Below, piece after piece: positions 33,657-37,609 of a DNA stretch of 37,609 nt (position 1 is the first letter of the stretch; each line of letters opens with the position of its first letter). This stretch comes from Bacteroidales bacterium (GTDB lineage: Bacteria; Bacteroidota; Bacteroidia; Bacteroidales; UBA7960): contig SKTQ01000063.1 in the NCBI GenBank assembly GCA_007122505.1, positions 1 to 37,609 on the forward strand, given 5' to 3'. Position numbers and translations under genes: made by a program. Under the pieces are notes generated by a model. The model had not been told where the DNA came from and searched no databases. It was given only the letters and a program-made list of their open reading frames with translations.

Positions 33657-35576
33657 TTATTTGACTTCTTCAAAATCCACATCCGTAACATCGTTGTCGT
33701 TGTCGTCTTTTTTGCCGGGGCCTTCCTGTTTTGGCTCCTGCTGTGGTTCCTGTCCACCGGCATCTTGCTGTCCCTTTGTGTTTTGATACATCTCGGCACT
33801 GGCAGCCTGCCATGCATTGTTCAATGTGGCCATGCTTGTTTCAATGGCTGCCAGATCCTTGTTTTTGTGTGCTTCTTTCAGATCTGCAAGGGCTTTTTCG
33901 ATGGGTTCTTTCTTGTCGGCAGGAAGCTTCTCACCAAATTCCTTTAACTGTTTTTCAGTTTGGAAGATGAGGCTGTCGGCAGCATTCAGTTTGTCGATTT
34001 CCTCTTTCTGTTTTTTGTCCGTTTCGGCATGGGCATCTGCTTCTGCCTTCATCCGTTTGATTTCTTCTTCGGTAAGTCCTGAAGAAGCTTCAATGCGGAT
34101 GTTTTGAGATTTTCCTGAGGCCTTGTCTTTTGCCGACACATTGAGGATACCGTTTGCGTCAATGTCAAAGCTTACCTCAATCTGTGGTATGCCGCGCGGC
34201 GCCGGGGGAATCCCGTCAAGATGGAACCTTCCGATGGTTCTGTTATCTTTGGCCATGGGCCGTTCGCCTTGCAGAATGTGTATTTCAACCGATGTCTGGT
34301 TGTCGGCGGCAGTGGAAAATGTCTCTTCTTTTTTGGTGGGAATGGTCGTATTGGCTTCTATGAGCTTTGTCATTACACCGCCAAGGGTTTCGATACCCAG
34401 CGAGAGAGGTGTAACGTCAAGCAGCAACACATCCTTCACTTCACCGGTAAGAACGCCTCCCTGGATGGCTGCACCAACGGCAACTACTTCATCGGGGTTA
34501 ACACCTTTTGATGGCTTTTTACCAAAAAACTTCTCCACCACTTCCTGGATGGCAGGTATACGCGTTGAACCGCCCACCAGAATTACTTCATCAATGTCTG
34601 ATTGCTGCATACCTGCTTCTTTCAGTGCAATTTTGCAGGGTTCAAGCGTTGCCTGGATCAGCTTGTCGCTCAATTTCTCAAAATGACTGCGTGTAAGTGT
34701 GCGTACAAGGTGTTTCGGAATACCATCAACCGGCATGATGTAAGGCAGGTTGATCTCTGTAGATGTGGCACTGGAAAGCTCGATTTTGGCTTTTTCTGCC
34801 GCCTCTTTCAAACGCTGCAATGCCATGGGGTCTTTCCGGAGGTCTATGCCTTCATCTTTAAGAAACTCTTCTGCCAGCCAATTGATGATCACGTCATCGA
34901 AGTCATCACCGCCAAGGTGTGTGTCACCGTTGGTGGATTTAACTTCAAACACCCCATCACCAAGCTCCAGGATAGAAATGTCGAAGGTTCCGCCACCGAG
35001 GTCGAATACGGCTATACGGATATCCCTGTCTTTTTTATCGAGGCCATATGCCAGGGAGGCGGCCGTTGGTTCGTTGATGATCCGGCGTACCTTTAAGCCC
35101 GCAATCTCGCCGGCTTCCTTGGTAGCCTGGCGCTGAGAGTCATTAAAATAAGCCGGAACGGTGATCACCGCTTCAGTAACCTCTTGCCCAAGATAATCTT
35201 CTGCCGTCTTCTTCATCTTCTGCAAAACCATTGCCGAGATCTCCTGGGGGGTGTAGCTTCTGTCATCAACCTTGACCCTGGGTGTGTTGTTATCTCCCTT
35301 CTCAATTTTATAACTGACCATTTTGCGCTCTTTCCCAACCGCATCATAGGTTTCACCCATCAATCTTTTGATGGAGTAAATGGTTTTTTCGGGATTTATG
35401 ATTGCCTGTCGCTTGGCGGGGTCGCCGATTTTTCTTTCTCCGTTTTCCGTAAAGGCAACAATGGAGGGTGTGGTCCGTCTTCCCTCGCTATTAGGGATTA
35501 CAACCGGTTCATTTCCTTCCATCACCGATACACAAGAGTTGGTTGTTCCTAAATCAATACCAATAATTTTACCCAT
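33657..35576 (-). CDS. dnaK: Molecular chaperone DnaK (Hsp70)
   Basis: The canonical [15 protein letters not shown] start is at the ATG at 35576, so the track's 17-codon upstream extension is unlikely. Hsp70 signatures are present throughout ([19 protein letters not shown]) with an acidic C-terminal tail. Confidence 0.97.
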   Translation of the reverse strand: MGKIIGIDLGTTNSCVSVMEGNEPVVIPNSEGRRTTPSIVAFTENGERKIGDPAKRQAIINPEKTIYSIKRLMGETYDAVGKERKMVSYKIEKGDNNTPRVKVDDRSYTPQEISAMVLQKMKKTAEDYLGQEVTEAVITVPAYFNDSQRQATKEAGEIAGLKVRRIINEPTAASLAYGLDKKDRDIRIAVFDLGGGTFDISILELGDGVFEVKSTNGDTHLGGDDFDDVIINWLAEEFLKDEGIDLRKDPMALQRLKEAAEKAKIELSSATSTEINLPYIMPVDGIPKHLVRTLTRSHFEKLSDKLIQATLEPCKIALKEAGMQQSDIDEVILVGGSTRIPAIQEVVEKFFGKKPSKGVNPDEVVAVGAAIQGGVLTGEVKDVLLLDVTPLSLGIETLGGVMTKLIEANTTIPTKKEETFSTAADNQTSVEIHILQGERPMAKDNRTIGRFHLDGIPPAPRGIPQIEVSFDIDANGILNVSAKDKASGKSQNIRIEASSGLTEEEIKRMKAEADAHAETDKKQKEEIDKLNAADSLIFQTEKQLKEFGEKLPADKKEPIEKALADLKEAHKNKDLAAIETSMATLNNAWQAASAEMYQNTKGQQDAGGQEPQQEPKQEGPGKKDDNDNDVTDVDFEEVK

Positions 35577-35866
35577 TGTTCTATGTTTTTTATGATTTGT
35601 TCCGGCTCTTTCCTGGTGTTTGGACACTGACGCCCGCCTTCAAAAAGATTAAAAACCAAACGCCCGGCCTTTTTTATCTGGCTCATTCAACAAAGACAGC
35701 GTTTGCAAACCGGATCAAATCGTTTGTTTTTGATTCAATTTGTTTCCGAAAAGGCATTCAATCATTATGCCAACATCCTTTCGCAGCTTTTTTGTTGAAA
35801 TAATGGCACGATTGCAACAAGATGGATGCAGTGAAATGTCAGAATAGTGACAAAAAGGCAGACGGG

Positions 35867-37609
35867 TCAGAACCGGGCGATCAGTTTTACGTTCACTAGT
35901 CTGGAGGTAAGATAGTTAGGAATGGCAAACAAGTTGTTTTCCACGTCCTTTACCCATGAATAGGAGATAGTATTGTTGATTTCCAGCAGGTTAAAGATTT
36001 CTGCAGTGATCCACATGGATTCCAGGTGGCGTAAAGGATTCGTTTCGGAAAAAATAGTGTTTTCTCCCACCAACTGTTTCGAAAAACCGATGTCAACGCG
36101 TTGATAGGCAGGCATTCTTCCGTAGTTAACATTTTTGTCGCGAGTGGGAGGCCAGAAGGGGAGCCCTGATCCGTAGAAAAACCCGAGTTGCACCTGGTAG
36201 CTGGGATTTCTTGGCAGGAAGTCCTGGAAAAACATGCTGAAGTGAAAGCGCTGATCGGTGGGTCTTGGAATATATCCGGCAGGTATTCTTTCTCCCAGCT
36301 GGTTGATGATAAAAGCACCTTCAATTTTTTCGCGGGTCTGCATCACCGAGAGGCTTGCCCATGAGTCGATACCCGGCACAAACTCACCATGAATTTTCAT
36401 GTCAATACCGGTGGCATAGCCATGGGAAATATTGTCGGCGTAATACCTTATTCTGACATTATCCAGCTGGTACGGAATGATGTCATTCAAAAACTTATAA
36501 TATACTTCGGTGGTGTACTGGAACGGTCTTTCCCATGCTGTAAAGTTGAATGTTGAGCCGAGCACCATGTGTATTGATTCCTGTGCCCTTATCTGCTCGT
36601 TGAGTTGGCCCTGCATATCGCGCAGTTCCCTGTAAAATGGTGGTTGGTGGTAATATCCGGCGGAAGCCCTGAATGTGAGACGTGATGCCCATTCCGGTTT
36701 ATAAAGAACGGTTGTGCGGGGGCTGAACAAAAACTGGCGGTTATAGTCCCAGTAGTTGGTACGGAAGCCTGCCGTAAAGGCATAACGACCGTGTGGCCGC
36801 TGCCATTCCCATGTGTTTTGTATGAATCCCGAAAAGCGGTTGGATTGCAGGCTGATACGTGCGTTTATTGTGTCCTGCAGCAGGAGGGCGTCAGAGGGGT
36901 ATTGGGGCAGCGAAAAACCTGCAGAGTCAATCAGGCTCCATTCACTTAGCCGGTCGTAAATATCTTCATACCGGTATCGTATCCCCCATTTCAGATGATT
37001 GTTTTCGTTTTGCCAGTCACCTTTTGTTTCCATATTTACAACAATGGCGTTCAGATAATTACGCGCATGGTTGAGGAAGGTGCCAACACCCAAGGGTTCA
37101 CCGGTGGGTTGTCCGAAATCATCCTGCCCCATATCGGTTTCCACTCGCTGGAGCCAATATTGCCCGAGAATATCGAAGTTTTCCTGTTCATCCGATTGAA
37201 ATACGCTGCTGATAAACTGTAGGTTCAGTGCATCTGAAGGGCTGTAAAGCAGTGAAAGTGCGGCTGTGCTTGTGGTAAAACGGTTTACTTCGCGACCGTC
37301 AAAGAAGACCGTAAATTCTCTGACATCGGTGATGGTACCGAAGCGTGTTCTCTGGACTTCCGGTTTAAACCTGAAGCTGTTGTCATTAAAATTGCCAAGG
37401 AAGCTCAACTGCCAGCTATCGGAAATCCGGTACCGGAGCAGTGCTTGCAGGTCAGAAAATGATGGCCGGTAGTCGCCCTGGGTGTCTAGAGTTCCTAAAA
37501 GGTATTGATTGGACTTATACCGAATGCCGGTCAGATAGGAAAAGCGTTTGTTTTCCGACACTCCTTCCAGATGCAGGGACCCTTCCAGAAGGCTGACGGA
37601 GAAAGAGCC
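35867..37609 (-). CDS. TonB-dependent-receptor-like outer-membrane beta-barrel protein, C-terminal part (5' end outside the window)
   Basis: The reading frame stays open to the window edge; the track's 'M' at 37561 is an internal GTG. There are alternating aromatic/hydrophilic beta-strand patterns and a terminal ...VKLIARF with C-terminal Phe, typical of OM barrels. Confidence 0.7.
   Translation of the reverse strand, partial: GSFSVSLLEGSLHLEGVSENKRFSYLTGIRYKSNQYLLGTLDTQGDYRPSFSDLQALLRYRISDSWQLSFLGNFNDNSFRFKPEVQRTRFGTITDVREFTVFFDGREVNRFTTSTAALSLLYSPSDALNLQFISSVFQSDEQENFDILGQYWLQRVETDMGQDDFGQPTGEPLGVGTFLNHARNYLNAIVVNMETKGDWQNENNHLKWGIRYRYEDIYDRLSEWSLIDSAGFSLPQYPSDALLLQDTINARISLQSNRFSGFIQNTWEWQRPHGRYAFTAGFRTNYWDYNRQFLFSPRTTVLYKPEWASRLTFRASAGYYHQPPFYRELRDMQGQLNEQIRAQESIHMVLGSTFNFTAWERPFQYTTEVYYKFLNDIIPYQLDNVRIRYYADNISHGYATGIDMKIHGEFVPGIDSWASLSVMQTREKIEGAFIINQLGERIPAGYIPRPTDQRFHFSMFFQDFLPRNPSYQVQLGFFYGSGLPFWPPTRDKNVNYGRMPAYQRVDIGFSKQLVGENTIFSETNPLRHLESMWITAEIFNLLEINNTISYSWVKDVENNLFAIPNYLTSRLVNVKLIARF

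Noticed and set aside
34123-35096. Long plus-strand ORFs of 187 aa and 164 aa, plus several of 60-130 aa, inside the dnaK region.
   Set aside because: They lie antisense to an unmistakable dnaK reading frame. Their translations are low-complexity (S/A/P/R-rich) with no motifs, which is typical of shadow ORFs opposite highly expressed genes.
1-37609. CRISPR arrays, rRNA genes, IS elements and prophage genes.
   Set aside because: I saw no regularly spaced 25-40-nt direct repeats, no rRNA-like conserved strings, and no transposase, integrase or phage structural ORFs anywhere in the six-frame track.

Overview
A 37.6-kb chromosomal segment that looks Bacteroidota-like. Support: an NQR respiratory operon, several exact TAnnTTTG '-7' promoter boxes 25-60 nt upstream of start codons, lipoprotein and TonB-type outer-membrane genes, and no obvious Shine-Dalgarno sites. 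About 35 CDS are called, and most are housekeeping. In order they are: nqrD(partial)-nqrE-nqrF; a CDF transporter; apbE; an Mla/MCE-like lipid-transport operon (MlaD, PqiC-like lipoprotein, STAS-MlaE fusion, MlaF); a TrmH-family methyltransferase; rpsF-rpsR-rplI; a class-C-type serine hydrolase; a D-cysteine desulfhydrase-family enzyme; a macro-domain gene followed by an SLC13 transporter; an EamA transporter; rplU-rpmA; serS; a TPR protein; rsmA; a PP2C-like/LysM membrane protein; a 2-hydroxyacid dehydrogenase; aspartate kinase; an ECF sigma factor; a MerR/B12 (CarH/LitR-like) regulator; a DnaB-C-terminal-domain-only ATPase; a DUF2148-like protein; tpx; dnaK; and the C-terminal part of an outer-membrane beta-barrel receptor. 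I found no rRNA, tRNA, CRISPR array, integrase or transposase. The one clearly accessory stretch is an AT-rich islet at about 8.23-10.70 kb. It carries two adjacent, paralogous, apparently catalytically intact Pol-beta-superfamily nucleotidyltransferases, then a 440-nt repeat-bearing non-coding spacer, then the truncated 5' end of a HEPN toxin gene. That gene pair is my best candidate for an uncharacterised system. Secondary points of interest are the CarH/LitR-like regulator with an orphan ECF sigma and a promoter-overlapping palindrome, the DnaB_C-only ATPase with an apparently lost arginine finger, a PP2C-like pseudophosphatase-TM-LysM protein, and an NqrM-like small Cys-rich membrane protein unlinked from the nqr operon. 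All family assignments come from reading motifs by eye and need HMM or BLAST confirmation.
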